The position numbers and the translations under genes are program-made. From NCBI GenBank assembly GCA_002496015.1, contig DAIF01000006.1, positions 7,403 to 71,402 of the forward strand: a stretch of 64,000 nucleotides of DNA. The letters run 5' to 3'. This document shows, piece after piece, positions 1 to 8,645 of the stretch (position 1 is the first letter of the stretch; every line of letters begins with the position of its first letter). This DNA is from Candidatus Pacearchaeota archaeon UBA73 (GTDB lineage: Archaea > Nanobdellota > Nanobdellia > Pacearchaeales > GW2011-AR1). The notes beneath the pieces were generated by a model, which was not told the origin of the DNA, made no database searches, and saw nothing but the letters and a program-made list of their open reading frames with translations.

Positions 1-249
1 GAGCTGCAGGCGGCAGTTGATTCGGCGTGCGAGAAATGCGGGTTCGCGCGGGAAAAGAGGTTCATGTCTCATCTGACTGTTGTCCGCGTGAAGTATGCTA
101 AGGCGAAACGCGAGTTTGTTGAATATGTGCGCAAGATTGGAATCAGGAAGGTGGAGTGGAAAGTTGAAAATTTTAAGTTGATGAAAAGTGAGTTGAGGCC
201 GACGGGTCCGGTTTATACAGTGATTGAGGAGTTTGGGTTGAGAGAATAG
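1..249 (+). CDS. 3' end of a CDS that starts upstream of the window; function unknown
   Basis: Frame 1 is open from nt 1 to the stop at 247-249, and track ORF 64..249 is its internal-Met tail. The C-terminus is basic with no recognisable motif. Confidence 0.35.
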   Translation, partial: ELQAAVDSACEKCGFAREKRFMSHLTVVRVKYAKAKREFVEYVRKIGIRKVEWKVENFKLMKSELRPTGPVYTVIEEFGLRE

Positions 250-405
250 TTCTTTAAATGAGGGTAACATGAATTTTTTACGAAGGAAACTAGTGTCTCG
301 GAATTATATGTGCGGGGCTTTTGATTTTGGGGAGGCGGTGAGGGATTTGCAAGTGGGAATCGAAAAAGCAACCAAAAAGATAATTCCGAACAACGTCATT
401 CTACC

Positions 406-667
406 GGTTCTGTTGAAAATCTTTCAGAAATGTCTGCGCCCAGATAGTCTGATTTGCTTCGCAAATCAATAATTGATAGCAGACATTTCGAGTTTTGCGC
501 AGGTTTCAGATTCCCACTTTGGATTCTCCTACGGAGAAAAACCCTGCTCGCAGACACGAACGTAAACATATTTATTCAACTCGGTTCGTACCATGCTCGC
601 CCTGTCCACCCCAAATCCCTTCGCCCAAATTTTAGTAAACTGCAATTTTCGGTTTTTTCAACAGAGC
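406..667. mobile_element. MITE-like element copy 1, bounded by terminal inverted repeats GGTTCTGTTGAAAAT ... TTTTTTCAACAGAGCC
   Basis: 5' end GGTTCTGTTGAAAATC at 406 and 3' end TTTTCAACAGAGCC ending at 667 are reverse complements of each other. The internal 'module A' (GAAATGTCTGCGCCC...TGATTTGCTTCGCAAATCA...GCAGACATTTCGAG...GCGCAGGTTTCAGATTCCCACTTTGGATTCTCCTACGGAGAAAAACC) is shared nearly verbatim with copies at 14049 and 49544. Confidence 0.6.
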
Positions 668-712
668 CTATTCTACCAATAAACATATAACCTCAAGGTT
701 TTTCTCACATTT

Positions 713-2266
713 ATGAAAGAGATATCTCTAAGTCCAAGAGACTACCAGCAAAAAATATTCGAAACGGCTAAAGACAATAACACTCTAGTCGTCCTTCCAA
801 CCGGCCTTGGAAAAACGCTCATCGCCTTGATGCTTTCAGTAGAACGCCAAAAAAAGTTTCCGGGCAAAAAAGTCCTTATGCTCGCTCCTACGCGACCTCT
901 AGTAGATCAGCACTACAAAAGCTATCAAAAAAATCTTCCGGAACTCTTTGCAGACCTCCAGTTGTTCACCGGCGAGATTCCCGCAAAGCAACGCCAAAAA
1001 ATTTTTCAGACTGCAGACATAATTTTCTCGACTCCGCAATGCATAGCAAACGATCTCCGTTCCGGGTTATACTCTTTAAGTGATGTCTCGCTACTGATAA
1101 TCGACGAAGCCCATCGTTGCCTGAAAAACTATGATTATACAAAAGTCGTAGATTTTTACAAGCGCCAAACTCCGGATGACCTCAGGAGAATACTCGGTCT
1201 TACTGCCTCTCCGGGAAGCGAACAGGAGAATGTCAAGGAAATTTGTAAACACCTCGATGTTTCAGAGATAGAAATCCGCTCCCGCGATTCTCCGGACGTT
1301 AAGCCCTATCTTCAGGAACTTGAGTTCGAGAAGGTCGTAGTTCCTTTCCCGCCGGAGTTTCTGGAAATTAAACTCTTACTAAAAAAAATATTCGATTCTA
1401 AAATAGAAGAACTCCGCCGGCGCAATTTGCTTTTCGGACCGCCAAATAAGTTCTCCCTGCTTAAACTTCAGGGTCAACTCGCAGCTCGTTACACAAACGC
1501 AAAAGACTTCAACGCGATGATTGGCATGTCCCTTACCGCAACCGCGATAAAAATTGCTCATGCTCTCGAACTTCTCGAAACCCAAACTCTATCCGGCGTT
1601 AACGAATATTTTAATTCATTGATAGAACAGGCAAGCCAGAAAAAATCAAAGGCGGTTCAGAATCTTGTCAAGTCTGCGGAATTCAACGCTGCAAAAATCG
1701 CTGTCCAAAATCTCCTAACAAAACAGGTTGAACATCCGAAAATCGAAGAGACTGCGGTCCTCGTGGAAAACCAATTTAAAGAAAAACAAAACTCGAAGGT
1801 CATAATTTTCACTCAATTCCGCGAAACAGGCACGACCCTCACCCGTCGATTGAATCTCATTCCCGGAATAAACGCTCAGGCATTCTTTGGCCAAGCCAAA
1901 AAATCTGGCACGGGCTTGTCGCAAAAAGAACAAAAAGTAATAATCCAAAAACTCAACGGCGGAGAGATTAACGTCCTCGTAGCAACTTCCATAGGCGAAG
2001 AAGGCCTCGACATCGCAGAAGTCTCCACAGTCATTTTCTATGAACCAATACCGAGCGCGATAAGAAAAATCCAGCGCACAGGCAGAACCGCGAGACTAAA
2101 GCCCGGCAAGTTGATTATATTGGTTACAAAAGACACTCGGGATGTGATAAATCACTATGCTTCAACTGCCCGCGAAAAGAAAATGTACGATGTTCTCAAA
2201 AACGTCAAGGCAGACATCAAAGAAGAGAACTACAAAAAAATAAAAACCTTCAATGACTTCAAATAA
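713..2266 (+). CDS. hef: Hef-type SF2 helicase, stand-alone helicase domain (DEAH box, ERCC4-like helicase)
   Basis: Walker A LPTGLGKT, DEAH box IIDEAHRC and a helicase C-terminal domain. The N-terminal ~120 aa align with the P. furiosus Hef helicase from memory (VLPTGLGKTLIA, LMLAPT.PLV.QH, TASPGS). The ORF ends where the Hef nuclease domain would begin. Confidence 0.8.
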   Translation: MKEISLSPRDYQQKIFETAKDNNTLVVLPTGLGKTLIALMLSVERQKKFPGKKVLMLAPTRPLVDQHYKSYQKNLPELFADLQLFTGEIPAKQRQKIFQTADIIFSTPQCIANDLRSGLYSLSDVSLLIIDEAHRCLKNYDYTKVVDFYKRQTPDDLRRILGLTASPGSEQENVKEICKHLDVSEIEIRSRDSPDVKPYLQELEFEKVVVPFPPEFLEIKLLLKKIFDSKIEELRRRNLLFGPPNKFSLLKLQGQLAARYTNAKDFNAMIGMSLTATAIKIAHALELLETQTLSGVNEYFNSLIEQASQKKSKAVQNLVKSAEFNAAKIAVQNLLTKQVEHPKIEETAVLVENQFKEKQNSKVIIFTQFRETGTTLTRRLNLIPGINAQAFFGQAKKSGTGLSQKEQKVIIQKLNGGEINVLVATSIGEEGLDIAEVSTVIFYEPIPSAIRKIQRTGRTARLKPGKLIILVTKDTRDVINHYASTAREKKMYDVLKNVKADIKEENYKKIKTFNDFK

Positions 2267-2669
2267 AATGTCTCAGAAAATAGCTGACGGGAATACAAAA
2301 ATATTCTATTTTATTGGAATCCTTTTTATAACTGTGTTGATTACTCGCGGCCTTTCATTAATAACTGACCCGGATCCGATTTTTATGGGTTTTGAATTGC
2401 ATCATTTTCATTACGGAATAGTCTTGCTGATTATTATAAACTTGGCAATGCTCTTTGGCAAAAGCCATCCTCGTTTATACTTAATTCTTTCTGCGATCTC
2501 AATCGGACTTATTATAGATGAACTGATCTATATTGCAAACCATATAGAGGGTCCGGTACGTTATGATGCAACGATAAAATCCGCATTCATTTTTGCGCTA
2601 ATCATTGTAATAATAATTTTAATCATTTTCTACGACGTCGTAGGAAAAATCAAAGGCAAAATAAAATGA
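2253..2669 (+). CDS. small polytopic membrane protein (about 4 TM), unknown function
   Basis: Four hydrophobic segments. Its start overlaps the hef stop and its stop overlaps the nuclease start (ATGA), so it is wedged inside the hef-xpf operon. Confidence 0.5.
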   Translation: MTSNKMSQKIADGNTKIFYFIGILFITVLITRGLSLITDPDPIFMGFELHHFHYGIVLLIIINLAMLFGKSHPRLYLILSAISIGLIIDELIYIANHIEGPVRYDATIKSAFIFALIIVIIILIIFYDVVGKIKGKIK

Positions 2670-3322
2670 AATCTCTCTACAATATTTTCTCCGCAAAAAA
2701 AATTCCGGAACAAAAAATAAAAATCCTCATTGACCACCGCGAAAAAAACTCCCTCGTCCCTTCTCTGCTTGCAAAGCACGGCTTCCAACTCGAATGGAAA
2801 CAACTCCCGGTAGCAGACTATATTGTAAGAGAAACCGCAGTCGAGAGAAAAACAGTCTCCGATTTAAATTCGTCTATAATAAACAAACGCATTATCTCCC
2901 AGCTGCTTGAATTAAAACAATATCCAAAACATCTCTTGCTCATCGAGGGAGTCCTCGAAGAAGATTTGTATAATTCCGGAATTCACGAGAACGCCATCCG
3001 AGGTTTTCTCCTTTCAGTCGCACTTGAATTTCAAACTCCTTTAATTTTCACGCACAACGAAGAAGATACTGCAAAATACCTCGAAGTCCTTGCAAAAAAA
3101 GACAAACCTTCAGAGTTCTCACTTAGAGCTTCGAAAATAACATTTTCAAAGGAAGAACAAGTTCAATTTATTCTGGAAGGCTTCCCGCACATCGGGCCGG
3201 TCAAAGCAAAAAAACTTCTTGAAAAATTTCACACACTAAACAATATTTTCAACGCGAGCAAAGAAGAGTTATCTCAGATACTTGGAATAAGAGCAAAAGA
3301 ATTCAAGGATCTTTTGGATTAG
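2666..3322 (+). CDS. ERCC4/XPF-family nuclease domain with C-terminal HhH2 (Hef/XPF nuclease)
   Basis: ILIDHRE ... VERKTVSDL (the ERK catalytic motif). The C-terminal EGFPHIGPVKAKKLLEKF...GIRAKEFK segment is a helix-hairpin-helix pair. Confidence 0.8.
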   Translation: MKSLYNIFSAKKIPEQKIKILIDHREKNSLVPSLLAKHGFQLEWKQLPVADYIVRETAVERKTVSDLNSSIINKRIISQLLELKQYPKHLLLIEGVLEEDLYNSGIHENAIRGFLLSVALEFQTPLIFTHNEEDTAKYLEVLAKKDKPSEFSLRASKITFSKEEQVQFILEGFPHIGPVKAKKLLEKFHTLNNIFNASKEELSQILGIRAKEFKDLLD

Positions 3323-3372
3323 CATATATTAATAAAAGACGGTCCGGAGTTTGTTATGCTGTCTATACAGTT

Positions 3373-4980
3373 CTATCGTCCTCCGCCCCCGCCTCCGCCA
3401 ACCCCTCCTCCACCCACACCTCCGCCGCCCGCCGCCCCGGAAGAAACTGCGAAAGAAGTAGCCGAATAATGAACTCCTATATAAAGATGGTATTCATTCT
3501 CGTTAATCAAATGTCTTGCCTTAAGTTCCCTGATGACTTTTGATGAGACTCCAAGAGCCGTAGAGTAAACTAAATAATGCTCCCAAAGTTTGACTGCCTG
3601 CGAGCCTTCGTGCTTCATTGCAAAACTGCCCGCCAGCCATTTCTTGAACGCCTGCCAATGCTGGTATTCACGATAAAAGTCGCCCTTAAATCTTGTGAAC
3701 AATGCTGAACTGGAAAGCGCGATCAGAAACACAAAAATAAAAACTCCCCATGGGATAAGGACGATAAGGTTTTCAAAAGAATATGCTACTACTAAACCTG
3801 CCGCCACCACAATCACAAAAGACAAATAAAAAACATTCATCGATAAATAGTTCTTGCCTTCCTCCTTAACTTCTTTCTTTAGTTCATTAAATCTTTTCTT
3901 CAATTCAAAACTAATCATGAATTGCTCTGAAGTTTTCTGTAGATTGAAATATTTTCCATCGCGATTCTTATCTTTCGCATTCGCTTGCAGGTAGGAAAGT
4001 ATTTCATAAAATTTTGTTTCTACTTCATCAAGCTTCTTCGGCTCATTTAATTTCACCATCACCTGCTTTTCATCTTTTAACTTTATGTCAATAATCTTCT
4101 TATGATAGAACTCTATCAACAAAGCAGATATGAAATCTTTGTCTATTGTGGAGAAGGGTGGGTTGAAATACGCCGCGATCTGCCAGGCTTTTCTTTCTTG
4201 TGGATAAGAACTCATTTGGCTCGGAAAATCGGTATGCGTCTTTTCCCTTCCAAAAATATACCACATCCCAAAAAATAAAAATGCAGGTAAAATTAATAGA
4301 ATGAACTTCAATATCCTTTGGGAGCTATCAAACTCAAAATTCTCGAGATTATTAACGTTAAACATTGAAGTCTCACCTTCATACGGTGCATAAACAATCA
4401 CGTCTTCATCCGGATAATAAACCTCCTTCCTGACAACTTCTTGGCTGGTCACAAAATTATCTCCCATTCGTTTATGATTTCCCGCAGAATAAACAATGAA
4501 CTTGATGTAATTCCTGCCGTCAATCTCGAAAAGACTGGTCGGGTGAAGATCGTATCTAGCAGATAGCCAATAATTCTGTCCTTCAAAAAAACCGTATTCT
4601 GCCCCGAATGTGCATCCATATTCGTTACTCTCTGTGTATGGAAGACAATTTAATATTTCAGTTCCGTCTTCAAAAAAAGTGCAAGTCCCATCATAGTCTT
4701 GTAGATATGCTATTCCAGCTTCGCATTCCACCTCTTTCACTAAAATATATTGAGGATGCGGAGGGGCTATTGCAAAGGCAGGGTCTTTGAAATCCCTAAA
4801 AAACGTATGATAACTTTTGTCAGGTTCATAAAAAAGTTTCTCCTCGACGCTTAATCCCTCAATGCTCAACTCTGCCCTGTAAAAATTAAACTCCCATGAC
4901 TCTCCGTCGAAGTAATAAACCCCGACCCCGATAGCAAAAAGTATAATTGAGATAATGATGGCAACATTCATTTCCTTCAT
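3373..4980 (-). CDS. DUF2207-like membrane protein (N-terminal exported domain, TM helices, C-terminal Gly-rich tail)
   Basis: N-terminal TM/signal, internal TM helices, and a C-terminus SGAAGGGGVGGGGVGGGGGGGR typical of the DUF2207 architecture. The family assignment is from memory. Confidence 0.45.
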   Translation of the reverse strand: MKEMNVAIIISIILFAIGVGVYYFDGESWEFNFYRAELSIEGLSVEEKLFYEPDKSYHTFFRDFKDPAFAIAPPHPQYILVKEVECEAGIAYLQDYDGTCTFFEDGTEILNCLPYTESNEYGCTFGAEYGFFEGQNYWLSARYDLHPTSLFEIDGRNYIKFIVYSAGNHKRMGDNFVTSQEVVRKEVYYPDEDVIVYAPYEGETSMFNVNNLENFEFDSSQRILKFILLILPAFLFFGMWYIFGREKTHTDFPSQMSSYPQERKAWQIAAYFNPPFSTIDKDFISALLIEFYHKKIIDIKLKDEKQVMVKLNEPKKLDEVETKFYEILSYLQANAKDKNRDGKYFNLQKTSEQFMISFELKKRFNELKKEVKEEGKNYLSMNVFYLSFVIVVAAGLVVAYSFENLIVLIPWGVFIFVFLIALSSSALFTRFKGDFYREYQHWQAFKKWLAGSFAMKHEGSQAVKLWEHYLVYSTALGVSSKVIRELKARHLINENEYHLYIGVHYSATSFAVSSGAAGGGGVGGGGVGGGGGGGR

Positions 4981-5270
4981 AAAAAAATAAGGTCAGCCCA
5001 GATTAAAAAACTATTCTTTAGATTTGCTCGTTGAAAATACTTTTTGGGTTCGGATTATATTGAAAGTGGAGTCTGCAATTTCTGGTTTTTTCAATAATGC
5101 CACAGTATAGGAGCATTTATATAGCCAGGATTTTTCATTTTTTTGACTAGCGGAAGGTTATCTTCGATGCGGTCAGTAAATGGAACGGTATAGTTTAACG
5201 CGGAAATTACGCGCATCGAATGGAAACAGTTTTTTCTTAATGTTAATTAAAGATTCGGGAGGTAAAATAT

Positions 5271-5495
5271 ATGGGTAATTTTGGAGAGCGAGGCGGTGGA
5301 CGAGGCGGTTTCGGAGGCGGACGCGGTGGCGGTGGCAGGGGTGGCGGATTTGGCGGACGAAGAAACTTCGGACCACGAGAAATGCACAAAGCTACTTGCG
5401 ATGAATGTAAGAAAGAATGCGAAGTTCCATTCAAACCTACAGAAGGCAAGCCGGTTTATTGCAAAGAATGTTACGCGAAGCATAAGAAATTTTAA
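5271..5495 (+). CDS. small RGG/Gly-Arg-rich protein with C-terminal CxxC-x17-CxxC zinc ribbon (putative RNA-binding)
   Basis: N-terminus is GERGGGRGGFGGGRGGGGRGGGFGGRR, followed by CDECKKECEVPFKPTEGKPVYCKECY. AGGTAAAATATATG RBS-like context upstream. Confidence 0.6.
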   Translation: MGNFGERGGGRGGFGGGRGGGGRGGGFGGRRNFGPREMHKATCDECKKECEVPFKPTEGKPVYCKECYAKHKKF

Positions 5496-5581
5496 TTTCT
5501 TATAATTCTTTTATTTGTTTTTTATTCTATTTTAATTGATGTTAAACACGAATTTATAAATAACTTCTACTTCGGATTTTT

Positions 5582-6709
5582 ATGAAAGTCTGGACCGTGG
5601 TTGTTGTGAGTTTAGTCGTAGTGGGTTCTGTGATGCTTTTTTCTTTTCTTAATGGAAATAATGGAAGAGGATTTGGGGGATTGAGAAATGAGCGCGGCTG
5701 CTTAGTCGCGGCAGGTTATGAGTGGAATGAAAGCGAGCAAGAGTGCATGAGGGGCGGGGGGTATCAGGTCAGAGATTTTCAGTCTTGCGTTGACGCAGGT
5801 TATTCTGTCGGAGAATCTTTTCCAAGGAAATGCAGTACGCCCGGTGGGAGGAGTTTTGTAGAAGGCGTTGATTTTTTCGCGATATTCAGTGAGCAGTTGA
5901 GAGTAAGGGCAATCGCTAATCTTGGGGCGATACCGATAGAGGGGTTTGATGCTGATATGTATATGGACGTTTTTCCCGGACTGATGCGTAGTGATTTCAA
6001 CGGAAGCGGGGCGATCGGGGGTAGGTGGTTGTATGAAAACGACGAACTGACTTTTGTCAGAGAAGATTATACGCAGATTAGTTCTGCTGACGGGACTTTA
6101 ACTAATGCAGGAATAATGCAATTATACAAGAATCTGATAGAGAGATTAGGGATTGACATCCAGAGAATATCTGATATTGAGGAGATATTTAGGGTGATTG
6201 AGGGTGGGGAGAATTGGAATGAGGATGAAATTATCTTGATGAGGAATATGCAAACTGGAGAGTATATGTGTTTTGGTTGTGATGGTGAATTGTGTATTGA
6301 TCCTGCGCAGGTGATGAAACTCGTCGCTGAAACTCCTTCGATTCATTGCACGATAGGTTTTGATGTGGTTGGGGCGGTTGAAGAGTATGTGCCTGTGCCA
6401 CAATTTTTCCCGGGAGACTCGAATTGTCCTGCAGGACAAACAGGAAGGTATGAATATGGTGGTTTTATCTTTAAGCTGGTTGATTGCAAGCCGTTTCCGT
6501 TTGATTTGGGGAACATTTGTGGCAGTGATGCTGAGTGCGAATTCGGGTGTGTTACAACCAAAACCGATTTGTCGAATGTTGGCTGTGCTTTGGATTTCTG
6601 TCAGAATAGCTCGGTGTTCTGCGAAGGAATTCGTGGGCGGTGCGGACCTTATGGAGATGAAGAATTTAGAATTTTTGCGCCAGGTCAAGTGAAATGGGTT
6701 TGTGGATGA
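5582..6709 (+). CDS. secreted cysteine-rich protein, unknown function
   Basis: N-terminal signal/TM MKVWTVVVVSLVVVGSVMLF. About 20 Cys, several in CxxC or paired arrangements. No enzymatic motif recognised. Confidence 0.55.
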   Translation: MKVWTVVVVSLVVVGSVMLFSFLNGNNGRGFGGLRNERGCLVAAGYEWNESEQECMRGGGYQVRDFQSCVDAGYSVGESFPRKCSTPGGRSFVEGVDFFAIFSEQLRVRAIANLGAIPIEGFDADMYMDVFPGLMRSDFNGSGAIGGRWLYENDELTFVREDYTQISSADGTLTNAGIMQLYKNLIERLGIDIQRISDIEEIFRVIEGGENWNEDEIILMRNMQTGEYMCFGCDGELCIDPAQVMKLVAETPSIHCTIGFDVVGAVEEYVPVPQFFPGDSNCPAGQTGRYEYGGFIFKLVDCKPFPFDLGNICGSDAECEFGCVTTKTDLSNVGCALDFCQNSSVFCEGIRGRCGPYGDEEFRIFAPGQVKWVCG

Positions 6710-6886
6710 TCATTCGTCTTCGAGATCTTCGAATTTGACTTTCCATTGATTGTCCCACATTTTTTTGCGCTTTTTGCTGCAGGCGTCGCAGTATTTTCTT
6801 TGGAAACGGGCGCGAGGGTTGGTTTCGAACTCTTTGCCGCAGTCAAAGCATTTTATTTTTTTGGGTTTCGGAGATATTTCTATCAT
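6710..6886 (-). CDS. 58-aa zinc-ribbon protein (CxxC...CxxC), unknown function
   Basis: Minus-strand ORF MIEISPKPKKIKCFDCGKEF...YCDACSKKRKKMWDNQWKVKFEDLEDE. It is below the 60-aa cut-off of the ORF track and sits immediately downstream of the 6888..7550 gene. Confidence 0.4.
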   Translation of the reverse strand: MIEISPKPKKIKCFDCGKEFETNPRARFQRKYCDACSKKRKKMWDNQWKVKFEDLEDE

Positions 6887-6887
6887 T

Positions 6888-7550
6888 TTAGTTGATGTAT
6901 GTTATGTTTGCGTTTTGGCGCAAGTTTTCTAGGTATTTTAAGATCGCTTCCTGCTCTTCCTTTCTTTCTAGCGCTAATCTAAGCTGTTCTGAGATCTGCT
7001 CATAAGAAAGCGCGACTTCGCCAGTAAACAATTTATCTTTGTTTTCGTTATAGTAAGCTAATGCTTGGGCATTGGTTACATTAGGTCTTGTTATCGCGTT
7101 ATTTAGATATTTTTCAATCAAAAGTTGTTTTCTGTAATATTCTATTTCTTCTTCATAACTTTCATTTTGCGATTCAACTTGCGCCCTGAAATCCTCTAAT
7201 GTTTGATTTCTGGTTACAAGGATTTTCCCAATTTCCAATTCTGTTTCCTGCGTTGTCTGGGCAAATCCGTGTTTTTGTGCGTCGTCAAGAATCAGCTTTT
7301 CATCAATCATGCGCTGGATTGCTTCGGTGCGATTGACCATTCTTTCGGATTGGGCTTCAAGATATTCTTGGGCTTTTTGCACTTCTTCTTCTGTTATAGG
7401 ATGATCGTTTACGTAGGCAACTATTTTCTCGGCGGTTTGGGAAATTGTTTCTCCGGTTATGGTTTGTGAAAAATCTTTTTGTGTTAAATGGATTACGGTC
7501 AGGGCAATTAGGGTGATTGCAATAATACTAAACAATATTTTTCCAATCAT
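6888..7550 (-). CDS. membrane-anchored SurA-N/PpiC-like chaperone-type protein
   Basis: N-terminal TM, then a helical domain resembling SurA N-terminal/trigger-factor-like chaperone domains. The assignment is weak. Confidence 0.4.
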   Translation of the reverse strand: MIGKILFSIIAITLIALTVIHLTQKDFSQTITGETISQTAEKIVAYVNDHPITEEEVQKAQEYLEAQSERMVNRTEAIQRMIDEKLILDDAQKHGFAQTTQETELEIGKILVTRNQTLEDFRAQVESQNESYEEEIEYYRKQLLIEKYLNNAITRPNVTNAQALAYYNENKDKLFTGEVALSYEQISEQLRLALERKEEQEAILKYLENLRQNANITYIN

Positions 7551-7649
7551 TAGAGAGGTGAACAGTCTGGCTATTTAATTGTTGTGGATGTATGTTTTGG
7601 AACTTTACTTCGTTCTCTGTAAAGCGTAATTTTGAATATTCTTTTATGA

Positions 7650-8645
7650 TTAGATAAATTGTGATATTATGAAGTATGTTGCGGCGCCGATTAGCGCAGA
7701 GATCGGAATTGTAAGAATCCATGCCCAGACTATTTTTCTTGCAATGCCCCAGCGGACTGCGGACATTCTTTGAGCTGTACCGACACCCATAATCGCGCCG
7801 GAGATAACATGGGTTGTGCTAACAGGGATTCCGAGCAGGGAGGCGGTGATGATTGTTCCAGCGCCGGCGGTTTCTGCAGCGAATCCGTGAATTGGTTTTA
7901 ATTTAGTAATTTTCAATCCCATTGTTTTCACTACCTTCCAGCCGCCCATTAATGTGCCCAAGGCGATAGTTGCGTGAGAGATAATTACTACCCAAAACGG
8001 AACGTATAATGTCGAGCCCAATAGGCCTGCAGTGAATAATGTGATTGCAATGATGCCCATTGTCTTTTGAGCGTCGTTTGTTCCGTGACCGAGATTGTAA
8101 ACTGATACTGAAATTAATTGGAGTCTTTTGAACCAGTTGCTTAATTTCCTTTCCGGAGTTTTTCTTACTAGGGCGATGATAAAGATAAAGAACAGATGGG
8201 CCACTGCAAATCCGATTAATGGTGCGATGAAAATGAAAGCTATAATTTTTATGACTCCTGTCCAGATTATTCCGTTTGCGCCGACTGCAATTAAGGCTGC
8301 CCCCACGTATCCTCCGATAAGGGCATGGCTTGCTGAGATAGGCAGACCGAGAAATGTTGCGGCATAAACCAAGAGTATTGCGCCGATTAGACCGCTTAGA
8401 ATTATCCAGAGGGAAACTATGGATGGATCGATAAGTCCGCTAGCGATTGTTGTTGCCACTGCTACTCCAAAGACAAATGCTGCAACGAAATTTGCGATGG
8501 CAGCGAGAAATACTGCCTGGCGTAAGGTAAGAACCCGCGTAGCTACGATTGTTGAGATTGCATTTGCAGCGTCATTAAAACCGTTGCCGAAATCAAAAAT
8601 TAGAGCCAGGAGGATTATAACTGCAACTAAGATAAATTCAACCAT
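7650..8645 (-). CDS. pit: inorganic phosphate transporter, PiT (PHO4) family
   Basis: Duplicated signature GNGFNDAANAI ... GHGTNDAQKTMGII and about 10 TM segments. Confidence 0.85.
   Translation of the reverse strand: MVEFILVAVIILLALIFDFGNGFNDAANAISTIVATRVLTLRQAVFLAAIANFVAAFVFGVAVATTIASGLIDPSIVSLWIILSGLIGAILLVYAATFLGLPISASHALIGGYVGAALIAVGANGIIWTGVIKIIAFIFIAPLIGFAVAHLFFIFIIALVRKTPERKLSNWFKRLQLISVSVYNLGHGTNDAQKTMGIIAITLFTAGLLGSTLYVPFWVVIISHATIALGTLMGGWKVVKTMGLKITKLKPIHGFAAETAGAGTIITASLLGIPVSTTHVISGAIMGVGTAQRMSAVRWGIARKIVWAWILTIPISALIGAATYFIISQFI

Noticed and set aside
454-690. Track ORFs sharing the peptide SRHFEFCAGFRFPLWILLRRK (also 14101-14289, 39331-39519, 59518-59979) and the 269-472 ORF
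   Set aside because: The shared peptide is a by-product of the repeated MITE DNA. These ORFs lie inside the repeat elements, differ outside the repeat and lack RBS or promoter context.
5000-5270. Candidate SRP RNA or RNase P RNA in long intergenic regions (also 22445-22733 and 33960-34382)
   Set aside because: These regions are AT-rich and lack the conserved SRP or RNase P motifs. Only local hairpins and MITE fragments were found.
5243-5483. Pro-rich and Ala/Ser-rich minus-strand ORFs, plus the second plus-strand ORF at 5281-5505
   Set aside because: They are reading-frame artefacts of the GGC/GGT-rich RGG-coding repeat. Only the frame ending in the CxxC...CxxC zinc ribbon is credible.
6146-6688. 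180-aa minus-strand ORF and other ORFs inside the 5582-6709 gene
   Set aside because: They are antisense to or overlapping the Cys-rich secreted protein ORF, which has a signal peptide and RBS spacing.
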